Positions 9,808 through 22,815 of a stretch of 64,000 nt of DNA are shown here, piece after piece. Both the position numbers and the translations under genes were made by a program. The notes beneath the pieces were generated by a model that worked only from the letters and a program-made list of their open reading frames with translations, was not told the DNA's origin and searched no databases. Positions within the stretch are counted from its first letter, which is position 1, and every line of letters begins with the position of its first letter. Source of the DNA: an uncultured Desulfovibrionaceae bacterium (GTDB taxonomy: Bacteria > Desulfobacterota > Desulfovibrionia > Desulfovibrionales > Desulfovibrionaceae); contig CASGAP010000010.1 in assembly GCA_949299515.1 (NCBI GenBank), positions 7,621 through 71,620 of the forward strand, in the 5' to 3' direction.

Positions 9808-11319
9808 ATGGTCAAAGAAACAAAGAAAAATATTCTTGTGCATATAGTTCTGTTTGCCGCGGCTGTTCTTTGTTCCGCCTGCCAGACTGTGCGCCTTGAA
9901 CCTGAGCTGCAGGGCGAATTGCTTTCTTCGCCCATGCTGAACGAATATTTTTATGATGAGCTTGAGCCGTACAAAAAAGAAGTCGGCGAGGTTTACAATC
10001 ATAAAAACAAATTGTGGTGGCATACCTTTGCCAGCGGCGATCTCAATAATCTGCAGCGCATGGCTTTGCGGGAAAATTACGATATTTTGTCCGCTTATGC
10101 GCGCATGAAACAATATGCCGCCGATGCCAAAATTTCCGAAAGCGCCTTTTTCCCCTTGATAAATGCAGGTGTTTCCGCTGCCGGCACGGGAGCGGGAAAA
10201 AAAGAAAGTTCTTCTGCTTCTTCCGCAACTTCGTCCGGCGAGGCGTACCGGCTTAATGTGTCCGCTTCCTATGAGCTGGATTTGTGGGGACGGGTGCGCT
10301 CGGCGTACGATGCTGACAAAATGCGTTTTTTGGCCGGCAGGGACGACTGGCAGACCGCGGCCATGACCGTTACCGCCAATGTGGCCAGTACTTGGGCGGA
10401 GCTTCTCGGCAATCAGGCGGAAACGGACATAGTCCGTGAACAGATACGGGTGAACGAAAGTTTGGTGAAACTGCAGAAAGTGCGGTTTTCAAATTCGCTT
10501 GTCAGCAGTCTGGACGTACTGCAGCAGGAGGAAGTGCTGGCTTCTTCCAAAGCGGAACTGCCCGATCTTCTGCAAAAAAATCTTGAACTGAAAAATACGC
10601 TGTGCATATTGCTTGGAAAAATACCGGGCAATTTGCCGGAATTCAGCGAAACTGCACGCCTGCCTATCGTGCTTGCCATTCCCGATGCCGGCATTCCCAT
10701 AGAACTTTTGCAGTACAGGCCGGACATACGCGCGGCATGGGCAAGGGTGCAGGCAAGCCATTTTGATTTGGCTGAGGCGCAGGCTAACCGTTTTCCTAAG
10801 ATAAGTCTTTCTTTTTCGCAAATTTTCAGTGCTTCGACGTTTTCTTTGCTGCTTGCCAACTGGACAAACGAACTTATGGCAAGTTTAAGCTATGCTGTTT
10901 TTGATGCCGGAGAAAAAAAATATCAGGCGGAAAAAATGCGGGCATTGGCGGAAGAGGCCGTTATTGCCTATACCAAAACCGTTGCCGAGGCCGTGGCGGA
11001 AGTGAACAACGCCCTTGCGCAGGAATATTCGCAGCAGGAAAAACTCCGTCTTTTGGAACAGCAGTATGTTATGGCCAAAAGTGCCACCCGCGGTGCGCTC
11101 AATGCCTATCTTGAAGGGGCGGAAGACGTTATGCGTTTTATTACGCTGCTGCAGAGCACACAGGATTTGGAGCGCAATATTGCCAAACAGCGCGTGAATG
11201 TGGTGCAGGTGCGCATTAACCTGTACCGTGCTTTGGGCAATATGTATTTCCCCGAAGAACAGGTTTTTGCTTTGGCGCAGCATGACAGTCTTGATAAGGA
11301 AATAATGCATGAAAAATAA
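9808..11319 (+). CDS. efflux outer-membrane factor lipoprotein (NodT/TolC family)
   Basis: 503-aa ORF with a signal/lipobox-like N-terminus (AAAVLCSAC) and a two-repeat OEP-type sequence. It is first in a three-gene RND cluster. Confidence 0.85.
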   Translation: MVKETKKNILVHIVLFAAAVLCSACQTVRLEPELQGELLSSPMLNEYFYDELEPYKKEVGEVYNHKNKLWWHTFASGDLNNLQRMALRENYDILSAYARMKQYAADAKISESAFFPLINAGVSAAGTGAGKKESSSASSATSSGEAYRLNVSASYELDLWGRVRSAYDADKMRFLAGRDDWQTAAMTVTANVASTWAELLGNQAETDIVREQIRVNESLVKLQKVRFSNSLVSSLDVLQQEEVLASSKAELPDLLQKNLELKNTLCILLGKIPGNLPEFSETARLPIVLAIPDAGIPIELLQYRPDIRAAWARVQASHFDLAEAQANRFPKISLSFSQIFSASTFSLLLANWTNELMASLSYAVFDAGEKKYQAEKMRALAEEAVIAYTKTVAEAVAEVNNALAQEYSQQEKLRLLEQQYVMAKSATRGALNAYLEGAEDVMRFITLLQSTQDLERNIAKQRVNVVQVRINLYRALGNMYFPEEQVFALAQHDSLDKEIMHEK

Positions 11320-12523
11320 AAAAACGATACTGATGGTTGCGGGTATTTTTGCCGCTATGCTTGTGGTTTCGTGGTTTTTTATGGCCACAAAGCCGGTCAG
11401 TATGCGCAAACAGGCGCAGACAACGCGCTTTGCCGTTAATGTTTTGGAAGTTTCTTTGGGAGAGGCCCCGGTGCAGATACGGGCGCTCGGCACTATTAGG
11501 CCGTCGCAGGAAACCAATGTCAATGCAAGGGTCAGTTCGCAGGTGGAATTTTTGTCGGAAAATTCCGATATCGGTTCCATTGTCAAAAAAGGCGAACTTC
11601 TTGTCAAGCTTGACGACGATACCTATCTGAATACCCTGCAGCTGCGCAAAAGCGATTTGGCAAAGGCCAAGGCAGCCTATGAATTGGAAATGGGGCAGCA
11701 GAGCGTTGCCAAAGCCGAGGCGGAGCAGCTCAAACAGCTTTCTTCCTCTTTTATCGGGGAAGTCATAATTTCCGACCTTGCCCTGCGTGCGCCGCAGCTG
11801 GCCCAGGCCAAGGCCGATGTGGAAGCCGCGCAGGTGGCGGTAAAAATGGCGCAGCTTGATGTGGATTATACAAAAATTACTGCGCCTTACAATGCCATGG
11901 TTACGGAACGCAACGTGTCCGTCGGCAGTCTGACCAATACCCAGGATAGTCTTATGACTTTGGTGGGCATTGACGAATACAGGATTGAGGCGGCCGTGGC
12001 CATAGACAAGCTGACCAGCCTGAATCTGAAAAAAAATGTCAACAGCAAAGTACAGATAACCACGTCAACCGGTGTGGTACGCGAAGGCCGCATTGTCCGT
12101 CAGGTGGCAAGTCTTGATTCAACAACGCGCATGGGCCGTATTTTGATTACCATTCCCGATCCGCTCGGCATAAAAAACAATGAACCGGCGCTTATTTTGG
12201 GCGATCATGCGGAAGTGATTTTTAAAGCAGGCACTTTGGAAAATACCGTCGTGGTGCCGCGCCGTGCCCTGCAGCCCAATGACAGTGTTTTTGTGGCCGT
12301 GCCCGTTGAGCCGCAGGAAGGGGAAGAAGATATCGTGCTTGATGAAAATCTGCCTGCGCAGTATGTGCTTGATATCCGTGAAGTGGACATAGCCTGGAAA
12401 GATTTGGACAATGTGTATATACGCGGCGGACTGGAGGATTCCGAATATGTGGTGACGTCCGTTATTCCCTCACCCATACAGGGAATGCCGCTTACTCTCA
12501 GCAATATTATAAAAAGTTCCTGA
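11309..12523 (+). CDS. efflux RND periplasmic adaptor subunit (MFP)
   Basis: 404-aa ORF with an N-terminal anchor, coiled-coil hairpin and beta-barrel regions typical of AcrA/HlyD-like adaptors. It overlaps the OMF gene by 11 nt. Confidence 0.88.
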   Translation: MKNKKTILMVAGIFAAMLVVSWFFMATKPVSMRKQAQTTRFAVNVLEVSLGEAPVQIRALGTIRPSQETNVNARVSSQVEFLSENSDIGSIVKKGELLVKLDDDTYLNTLQLRKSDLAKAKAAYELEMGQQSVAKAEAEQLKQLSSSFIGEVIISDLALRAPQLAQAKADVEAAQVAVKMAQLDVDYTKITAPYNAMVTERNVSVGSLTNTQDSLMTLVGIDEYRIEAAVAIDKLTSLNLKKNVNSKVQITTSTGVVREGRIVRQVASLDSTTRMGRILITIPDPLGIKNNEPALILGDHAEVIFKAGTLENTVVVPRRALQPNDSVFVAVPVEPQEGEEDIVLDENLPAQYVLDIREVDIAWKDLDNVYIRGGLEDSEYVVTSVIPSPIQGMPLTLSNIIKSS

Positions 12524-12536
12524 CGCGCAGTACGGT

Positions 12537-15500
12537 ATGCAGAATAAAGACGACGATATCTACAAAGGCCCCTTGTCGTGGATGGCAAGAAATCCGGTAG
12601 CCGCCAATATTTTGATGATAGTGCTGCTTATCGGCGGTATGCTGATTTCCACGCAGGTTACTAAGGATGTTTTTCCTTCTTTTGCGCTCGGCACCATTAC
12701 GATAAGCGTTACCTATTCCGGCGCCACGCCTTCGGAAATAGAAAAAAGCATTACCAATGTTATCGAAGATTCCCTGGAAAGTGTGGACGGCATTAAAGAA
12801 ACCGCGGCAACCATAAGTTCCGGCTCCACAACCATTACGCTCACACTGCAGGATTATGCCGACGAAAATAAAGTTCTGCAGGACGTGAAAGCGGAAATTG
12901 ACCGTATCACCACGTTTCCGAAAGAGGCGGAAATTCCGATAGTTTCTCTGAAAGCGCGGCACGTGGAAGTTTTAAACGTGCTTTTGTACGGCAACAAAGA
13001 TTATCAGATTTTGCGCTATTGGGCCGATATTATTAAAGATGATTTATCCCAGTCGCCGCTGATTGCCCGCGTGGACGTGGAAGGCGCCAAAGATTTGGAA
13101 ATTCATGTGGAAGTGCCGCAGGACAATCTGCGCAAATACGGTCTTAAGCTTGAAGACGTGGCAACCGTTATCGGCGATACGTCCATCGAACTCGGCGGCG
13201 GAACGCTGGAAACCAGGGCCGGCGATATTTTGCTGCGTGTGGACGAACGGCGTGATTATGCCGCGGAATTTGCCGATATTGTGGTACGCACCAATGAAGA
13301 CGGCAGCCGCCTTTTGCTGGAAGACATTGCCAGTATTTCCGAAGGCGTGGAAGACGTGACCCGTTGGTCTGAGTTTAACGGCGAAGATACGATTTTTCTT
13401 GCCATTTACAAGAACGAAAGCAATGACCCCGTGACCGTTGCCAAAGCCGCGCTGAAAATAATCGACTATTACAACGAAATATTGCCCGGCGACATACGTC
13501 TTGAAATACGCAGCAATTTGTCCGATATTTACAAAGCCCGTTCGGAAACGCTGATCAACAATGCCATTTCCGGTGTTATTTTGGTTTTCGTCTGTTTGGT
13601 GGTATTTTTGCGTCCCTCCCTTGCTCTATGGGTCAGCCTTGGCATTCCCACGTCCGTATTGGGGGCGTTTTGGTTTTTCATTCCTTTTAATCTGACTATC
13701 AATATTATAACCATGTTCGCGTTTATCGTGACGCTGGGCATAGTGGTCGACGATGCCATTGTTGTGGGCGAAAATATCAGCACGTGGCAGGACAGGGGCA
13801 AATCTCCTCTGGAATCAGCGGTGCGCGGCATACGGGAAGTGGCCATGCCTGTTGTGTTCAGCGTGCTGACCAATATGCTTACTTTTATCCCCATTTTGTT
13901 CGTGCCGGGAATAATGGGAAAAATTTGGATCGGTCTTCCGCTTATCATTATTGCAGTGTTTACCTGTTCGCTTATTGAATCGCTCTTTGTTTTGCCTGCG
14001 CACCTTTCCCATCAGAAGAAAGTTGCTGTTGAGGAAGGCAGGAAGTATTCATGGTGGAAAGAACCCATATTGTTCATTTGTCAGAAACAGGATATTTTCA
14101 ATAAGGCATTTTTGTATTTTGTGGAATACCGCTACGGTGCGTTTATCAATTATATTATAAAAAACAGGTATGTTACGGTGGCCGTCGGCGTGGCACTGCT
14201 TATCTGCAGCCTTACCTATGCCGCTTCCGGGCGGCTCGGCTTTGACCTTATGCCCAAGGCGGAATCCGATTATGCTTTTGCCGAGGCTACCATGCCTGCA
14301 GGTGCGCCGCAGCTGGAAGTGGACAGAATTAAAAATCATCTTGTGGACGCGGCAGAACAAGTTATCGAAGAAAACGGCGGCGATCTGCTTTCTTCGGGGA
14401 TTTATGCCCGCATTGCCGATGATTCCATTCAGATACGCGTCTATCTGACCGATACGGACATACGCCCCATTTCAACGGAAACGTTTACCAATATTTGGCG
14501 TGAAAAAGTCGGAGTTATTCCGGGAGTCGAAACGCTGAGTATGCTTTCCGACCGCGGCGGTCCGGGGTCAGGCAAAGGACTGACAGTGTTTTTGTCTCAC
14601 AGGGATACGGACGTGTTGAATTTGGCTGCAGCGGATTTTGCCATGCTTATACGGGATTATCCGGAAGTCGGCGATATTGATTCGGGCATTTCCAACACCA
14701 GGCGTCAGTTTGACCTGAAACTGCTGCCGCTGGCAGGACAGCTCGGTTTTACTTCCCGCGACATTGCATCGCAGGTGCGTGCCGCTTATGAGGGCGTCAT
14801 TGCCCTGCGTCAGCAGCGCGGCACCAATGAAATTACCGTGCGCGTGCGTCTGCCGGAAAACGAAACTCAGCTTGCCTATTTTGAGGATTTAATGCTGCGT
14901 TCGCCTTCCGGGCAGGAAGTGCTTCTGCGTGACATCGTGCAGATAAAAGATACCATGGCAGAAGCCAAAATTACCCATGACAACGGCAGAAAAAGCATAA
15001 AAGTTACGGCAAACATCACGCCTTCCTCCGCAACGAGCATGATTATGCGCACGGTGCAGGCGGAAATTCTGCCGGAACTTACGGCGCGCTATCCCGGTCT
15101 GCACTGGCGTTTCGGCGGACGTCAGCAGGATATGCAGGAAAGTACCAATACTATGGTTTACGGTCTGCTTTTTTCTCTGCTCGGCATTTATGCTTTGCTG
15201 GCCATACCGTTTAAAAGTTATACTCAGCCCTTTATTATCATGGTGTCCATACCGTTCGGCATTGTAGGCGCGATTTTGGGGCATATGCTTCTCGGTCACA
15301 GCCTCAGCGTTATCAGCATATTCGGTATGGTTGCGCTTACCGGGGTTGTGGTGAACGATTCCCTTGTGCTTATTGATTTTGCCAATATCAGCCGCAGGGA
15401 CGGCATAGATTGCTTTACCGCCATTCGGCAGGCGGCCATTCAGCGTTTCCGTCCGATTTTGCTCACAACCCTGACAACCTTTGTGGGGCTTGTGCCCATG

Positions 15501-15659
15501 ATGTTTGAAACATCGCAGGAAGCGATTATGATGGTGCCCATGGCTATTTCCTTAGGATTCGGCGTGCTGTTTGCTACGTTTATTACTCTTATCATCGTAC
15601 CGTCTTTTTATGTGATTTTGGAAGATGTGCACGAAGCGATAAAGCGTTTATGGAGATAG
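12537..15659 (+). CDS. efflux RND permease (AcrB/HAE family)
   Basis: 1040-aa ORF with 12-TM architecture and two large periplasmic loops, collinear with AcrB-type pumps. Confidence 0.93.
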   Translation: MQNKDDDIYKGPLSWMARNPVAANILMIVLLIGGMLISTQVTKDVFPSFALGTITISVTYSGATPSEIEKSITNVIEDSLESVDGIKETAATISSGSTTITLTLQDYADENKVLQDVKAEIDRITTFPKEAEIPIVSLKARHVEVLNVLLYGNKDYQILRYWADIIKDDLSQSPLIARVDVEGAKDLEIHVEVPQDNLRKYGLKLEDVATVIGDTSIELGGGTLETRAGDILLRVDERRDYAAEFADIVVRTNEDGSRLLLEDIASISEGVEDVTRWSEFNGEDTIFLAIYKNESNDPVTVAKAALKIIDYYNEILPGDIRLEIRSNLSDIYKARSETLINNAISGVILVFVCLVVFLRPSLALWVSLGIPTSVLGAFWFFIPFNLTINIITMFAFIVTLGIVVDDAIVVGENISTWQDRGKSPLESAVRGIREVAMPVVFSVLTNMLTFIPILFVPGIMGKIWIGLPLIIIAVFTCSLIESLFVLPAHLSHQKKVAVEEGRKYSWWKEPILFICQKQDIFNKAFLYFVEYRYGAFINYIIKNRYVTVAVGVALLICSLTYAASGRLGFDLMPKAESDYAFAEATMPAGAPQLEVDRIKNHLVDAAEQVIEENGGDLLSSGIYARIADDSIQIRVYLTDTDIRPISTETFTNIWREKVGVIPGVETLSMLSDRGGPGSGKGLTVFLSHRDTDVLNLAAADFAMLIRDYPEVGDIDSGISNTRRQFDLKLLPLAGQLGFTSRDIASQVRAAYEGVIALRQQRGTNEITVRVRLPENETQLAYFEDLMLRSPSGQEVLLRDIVQIKDTMAEAKITHDNGRKSIKVTANITPSSATSMIMRTVQAEILPELTARYPGLHWRFGGRQQDMQESTNTMVYGLLFSLLGIYALLAIPFKSYTQPFIIMVSIPFGIVGAILGHMLLGHSLSVISIFGMVALTGVVVNDSLVLIDFANISRRDGIDCFTAIRQAAIQRFRPILLTTLTTFVGLVPMMFETSQEAIMMVPMAISLGFGVLFATFITLIIVPSFYVILEDVHEAIKRLWR

Positions 15660-15679
15660 CGTTTTTTTTATTGTTTTCT

Positions 15680-16014
15680 CGGGGGAAATGATTTCCCCCG
15701 CACCCCCTCATTTCATAAAACAACCGGGGCTTTGCAGGCAAAGCTCCGGTTGTTTTATGGTTAAAAGTTCTTGAAAATGCTGTATCAGGTAAATATCAAT
15801 ATGGGTTATGGCGTCAATTGTGCTATTTTAGGCAGTGTTTTTCAGAAATTATAAAAATATTAATGGAAGCAGACTGTCTTAAAGTTTGTTTTGATTTGGA
15901 AAAAGATTTTTTAGCCGCTCTTATTCACGGAAGTTACGGAACCGAAGCCGAAAATTCGGCAAGGTTCCGTAACTTCCGTGCAATGAGGGGGGCCGGGGGA
16001 AATCATTTCCCCCG
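15680..16014. mobile_element. MITE-like non-coding element with ~33-bp terminal inverted repeats
   Basis: The left end is CGGGGGAAATGATTTCCCCCGCACCCCCTCATT (15680-15712). It is the reverse complement, bar 2 positions, of the right end AATGAGGGGGGCCGGGGGAAATCATTTCCCCCG (15982-16014). Each end is followed inward by a long subterminal hairpin (15714-15759 and 15926-15980). The interior is AT-rich. Confidence 0.55.
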
Positions 16015-16057
16015 GAAAATAAAAAATTAATTCGGCAATTATTTTGATGTGTCTGCA

Positions 16058-16090
16058 AAAACAAAAAAGCCTGACCGAAGTCAGGCTTTT
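16058..16090 (-). terminator. rho-independent terminator of por
   Basis: AAAAGCCTGAC-TTCG-GTCAGGCTTTTTTGTTTTT on the minus strand, 29 nt after the por stop. Confidence 0.85.
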
Positions 16091-16118
16091 ATATTTTGCT
16101 TAGCAAACAGTACAAGAA

Positions 16119-19676
<3,558 letters not shown>

Positions 19677-19692
19677 TTATTGGCAAATAGTA

Positions 19693-19711
19693 TGCATATT
19701 CGGCATATGCA
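19693..19711. promoter_or_regulatory. inverted repeat TGCATAT-N5-ATATGCA in the por 5' untranslated region
   Basis: 7-bp perfect arms, 44-62 nt upstream of the por ATG. It could be an operator or an RNA hairpin. Confidence 0.3.
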
Positions 19712-19800
19712 CAAATTAAGTACAACCAATATAAAGCCTTTGCTTTTTTCTGACAAGAGTAATTTATTGTTCCGTCAAAATATTTAAAGCACAAACTTTA

Positions 19801-19814
19801 TTGATATGTATCAA
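19801..19814. promoter_or_regulatory. CRP/FNR-family type palindrome TTGAT-N4-ATCAA upstream of por
   Basis: Perfect TTGATATGTATCAA about 158 nt upstream of the por start codon, with AT-rich -10-like sequence about 25-30 nt downstream on the por strand. Confidence 0.4.
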
Positions 19815-20020
19815 TTTTTTACACAAAATAATGTAACATTTTACAACAAAAATTCAAGTTAAAAATGCATTAAATTAATTGTTTCCTTTTTCGTCAAAAA
19901 AATGAATTGTTATGGCACGCGTATTGTCAATGATAACGCTAACTGCCTGAAAATATACATATGGCATATTGTTTGCTATAGTCAGGGCAAGCGTATAGAT
20001 TTGTTTTTGTGGAGGCAGTT

Positions 20021-20737
20021 ATGTTTATGTTGCTCGGCGGAAATGAAAAAAAGACCAAAAAAGAAATTTCTCAGGCTCAGAGTATTAAAGAAGCAAAAGA
20101 ACTTTTCAATATGGGGCGTTTCCCTGTGGTTACCACCCAGCAGATAGAAAACAGACCCATTGCCAAGGTGCTCGGTTTGGTGTGCTGCCGCGGCTTTGAT
20201 TCGGAAGAGGCTTTTTTCGGCATGGCTGCCATGGCGGTAAAAAAAGGTGCGCAGGCCATAATCGGGTATAACGAAAACATTGCCTTTCATCCCGACGGCA
20301 GCAAATATTTTTCCTGTTTCGGCACTGCGGTTATGTTCGAACGCGAAGGCAGAAATGATTTGCTCAGTGATCCCGCACGCATAAAAAGTGCGTTAAGCCG
20401 TATTCCTACGGCTAATCCCGGCCGCCTGAACGTGATTGACGAACTTGGCGCCGAAGACGATATCGTCACGTTGAGTTCTGCGGCAAAATCCGCGCAGCAG
20501 GAAGCGCAGCAGTCCGTGCGTCAAAATCCTGCCGGGGACAAATCCGAAAGCAATGCGGGAATGAACAAAAAACAGGTACTTAATTCCGCACAGATTGCCG
20601 CGCAGATGATGCAGGAAGAAGAAGCGGAAATGAAAAGCGCATCCGGCCGTCTTTCCCAGCCGACAGAGGACGAAGACCCGGTTTTGCAGAGAATTTTGGC
20701 AAACCAGAAACGGCAGGCTGTTTCTGATTTGCAGTAA
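20021..20737 (+). CDS. YbjQ-like (UPF0145-type) domain protein with a long Q/E-rich C-terminal tail
   Basis: SD GGAGG at 20011-20015 and ATG at 20021. Residues ~35-105 (VVTTQQIENRPIAKVLGLV...AMAVKKGAQAIIGY...FGTAVMF) follow the YbjQ pattern. The rest is low-complexity polar sequence. Confidence 0.6.
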   Translation: MFMLLGGNEKKTKKEISQAQSIKEAKELFNMGRFPVVTTQQIENRPIAKVLGLVCCRGFDSEEAFFGMAAMAVKKGAQAIIGYNENIAFHPDGSKYFSCFGTAVMFEREGRNDLLSDPARIKSALSRIPTANPGRLNVIDELGAEDDIVTLSSAAKSAQQEAQQSVRQNPAGDKSESNAGMNKKQVLNSAQIAAQMMQEEEAEMKSASGRLSQPTEDEDPVLQRILANQKRQAVSDLQ

Positions 20738-20761
20738 TGTATACGCTGCGCAAAAACAAAG

Positions 20762-20796
20762 AAAAACGGACATTCTTCGGAGTGTCCGTTTTTTTG
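20762..20796 (+). terminator. rho-independent terminator
   Basis: AAAAACGGACA-ttcttcggag-TGTCCGTTTTTTT. Confidence 0.85.
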
Positions 20797-20938
20797 TCTG
20801 TTCGTATTGCGGCATATTTTTATGTCTGTTTTACCGTCCGGAATAAAGCTGTTTAGTCTTTTTGCCCGCGGCATTTGGGCAGCGCAGCCGATTGCGGCGC
20901 AGTTATAACCTATTCGGAAATATTAATGCAAATGCTGT

Positions 20939-21694
20939 TTATGCCCGCAGCAGGCGTTCCAGTTCCTGCCTGCTTTCTTCGGGATTTCTGCCCTGCATCT
21001 GCGCGATGTGCGGCAGATTTTGTATGGCGTCGCATTCTTTCAGATAAATGGGGCTGATGTCCGTTTTTTGCCACGTGCAGTATTTTAAGCAGGCGATAAG
21101 ACTGTTTATGCTCGGGCTGTCAAAACGGGCCGGCAGAACTGCGGCTCTGCTGTTCTGCAGTGCCGCCAGGGCTTTTTCCGTGCGCAGGCCGCTGCCCAGG
21201 CATAAATCGCAGGCAATGTCGCCAAGGCGGGCAAAGGGGATAAGGGTAAGGCCGCCGCAGGGAAGAGGTTCGCCGTTTTCATAGCGGAAGCACTGGGAAT
21301 GTACAAGTTCTTTTGTGGCGGGCGTGACAGCGTGGATAACTGCGCCGTCCTGCGCGGAGCAGTTAAAAGCAAGAGCCTGCATATAGTTTATGCCTGCCTG
21401 CATTTTTGGGGCGGCATCGGCGGATTGTACGGGCGTTCTGCACATGGCGGCGGCTATGGTGGCGGTAAGGCGTATGCCCATGAAGTTTCCGGGGCCTGCG
21501 GCTGCCGCTGTTTTGCTTATATGGCCGAGCGTAAAGCCAAGACTGCGGCAGGCTTTGTCAAGCTGCGGCAAAAGGTTGTCGGCGCCGTTTTTCTGCGGTT
21601 CGCATTCTTCGGCGTGGAGCAGGGTTTCCCCTTCCAGCAGAACAAACTGCAGGCGTTTTTCCGCAGCGTTGAGGATAAGGGTCAGTTCTTCCAT
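20939..21694 (-). CDS. tsaB: tRNA threonylcarbamoyladenosine biosynthesis protein TsaB (YeaZ)-like
   Basis: 251-aa ORF with GPGNFMGIRL (the GPGSFTGLR-type motif) in an ASKHA-fold N-terminal half. Confidence 0.75.
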   Translation of the reverse strand: MEELTLILNAAEKRLQFVLLEGETLLHAEECEPQKNGADNLLPQLDKACRSLGFTLGHISKTAAAAGPGNFMGIRLTATIAAAMCRTPVQSADAAPKMQAGINYMQALAFNCSAQDGAVIHAVTPATKELVHSQCFRYENGEPLPCGGLTLIPFARLGDIACDLCLGSGLRTEKALAALQNSRAAVLPARFDSPSINSLIACLKYCTWQKTDISPIYLKECDAIQNLPHIAQMQGRNPEESRQELERLLRA

Positions 21695-21706
21695 GACAGC
21701 CGCCTT

Positions 21707-22801
21707 TTATTTGAACCAGCGCATGATGTCGTTAAACGTGGCAAAGACCATAAGACCGATAAGCAGCAGGGCGCCGAGCTGCATGAGCCGTTCCTGCAGT
21801 TTTTCTGGTACGGGTCTGCGGATAATCATTTCAACCAGGCAGAAGAAAATCAGGCCGCCGTCAAGCACGGGAATGGGCAGAAGATTTAAAAGTCCGAGGT
21901 TGACGCTGATAAGAGCCGCCAAAAGCAGAACGGAAACCAAGCCGTTTTCCGCCTGTTTGGCAATCATTTCGCCGATAAGGAGCGGCCCGCCCACAGAATC
22001 GGCGGAAACCGAGCCAGTAATCATTTTTTTAAGGCCTGTCAGCGTCAGCACTATCATATCCCAGGATTGGGTTACGCCCTGTTTGAGGGAGGCGGAAAAT
22101 CCGAGTTCTTCGTTGCGGACCGTGCCGAGGGGCTGAATGCCGATAAGCCAGGCAATTTCTTCTTCCCCGAAAATATTGGTGCGCGGCATTTTTTTGGGGG
22201 TAATGACAAAATCCAGAGACGTTCCGTTTCTGTCTACGGTGAACGTCAAAGGCTGTCCTCCGGAATTATTTACAATTTCGGGGACTTCATTCCATGAGGA
22301 AACCGTTTTGCCGTTTATGGCGGTGATTAAATCTTTTTCCTGCAGGCCTGACGCAGCGGCAGGGGAATCGGGCAGCATAAGCCCTACCTGCGGCAGCAGG
22401 ATATTCATGCCGGAGGTAAAGGACAGCAGGGTATAAATGACCCATGCCGTCAGCAGATTGGCAAAGGGGCCCGCAAATGCGAAATACATTCGCTGCCATG
22501 CCGGTCTGTTGTTGACGGCTTCTTCCTGCGTAAAGCCTATTTCTTCGACTTCTTTGCTGTATTCGCCCACGGAGGCAACATAGCCGCCAAAGGGGAATGC
22601 CGCGATCTGATAGGTTGTTTTGCCTTTTTTTATGCCCCAGATTTTCGGGCCCATGCCTATGGAAAAGGTTACAACGCCCACGCCGAGGGAGCGGAACGCA
22701 AGGAAATGTCCTAATTCGTGGATGAAAATCAAGCCGCCCAAAACCAGGATAATGGCTATGGCGGAATCGAAATGGGAGAAAACGGTTGTTATTAATTCCA
22801 T
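21707..22801 (-). CDS. rseP: RIP zinc metalloprotease RseP (site-2 protease)
   Basis: HELGHF zinc motif near the N-terminus, a central PDZ-like region, and the C-terminal NLLPIPVLDGG motif. Confidence 0.93.
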   Translation of the reverse strand: MELITTVFSHFDSAIAIILVLGGLIFIHELGHFLAFRSLGVGVVTFSIGMGPKIWGIKKGKTTYQIAAFPFGGYVASVGEYSKEVEEIGFTQEEAVNNRPAWQRMYFAFAGPFANLLTAWVIYTLLSFTSGMNILLPQVGLMLPDSPAAASGLQEKDLITAINGKTVSSWNEVPEIVNNSGGQPLTFTVDRNGTSLDFVITPKKMPRTNIFGEEEIAWLIGIQPLGTVRNEELGFSASLKQGVTQSWDMIVLTLTGLKKMITGSVSADSVGGPLLIGEMIAKQAENGLVSVLLLAALISVNLGLLNLLPIPVLDGGLIFFCLVEMIIRRPVPEKLQERLMQLGALLLIGLMVFATFNDIMRWFK

Positions 22802-22815
22802 ATGCTGTCGGTATT

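Noticed and set aside
15680-16014. Possible CRISPR array, because the palindrome GGGGGAAATSATTTCCCCC recurs.
   Set aside because: There are only two copies here, in inverted orientation and ~290 bp apart, plus one copy 28 kb away. There is no regular repeat-spacer periodicity and there are no cas genes in the window.
15818-16030. 70-aa ORF inside the MITE-like element.
   Set aside because: It has no SD. It runs through the subterminal hairpin and the terminal palindrome, so its C-terminal half is dictated by the repeat. It is AT-rich and shows no protein-like features.
19913-19928. Sigma-54-like -24/-12 element TGGCACGCGTATTGTC upstream of the YbjQ-like gene.
   Set aside because: The spacing is right, but the near-invariant GC of the -12 element is GT here, and no activator-binding dyads are evident upstream. 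This is not enough to call a sigma-54 promoter without a matrix score or experimental data.
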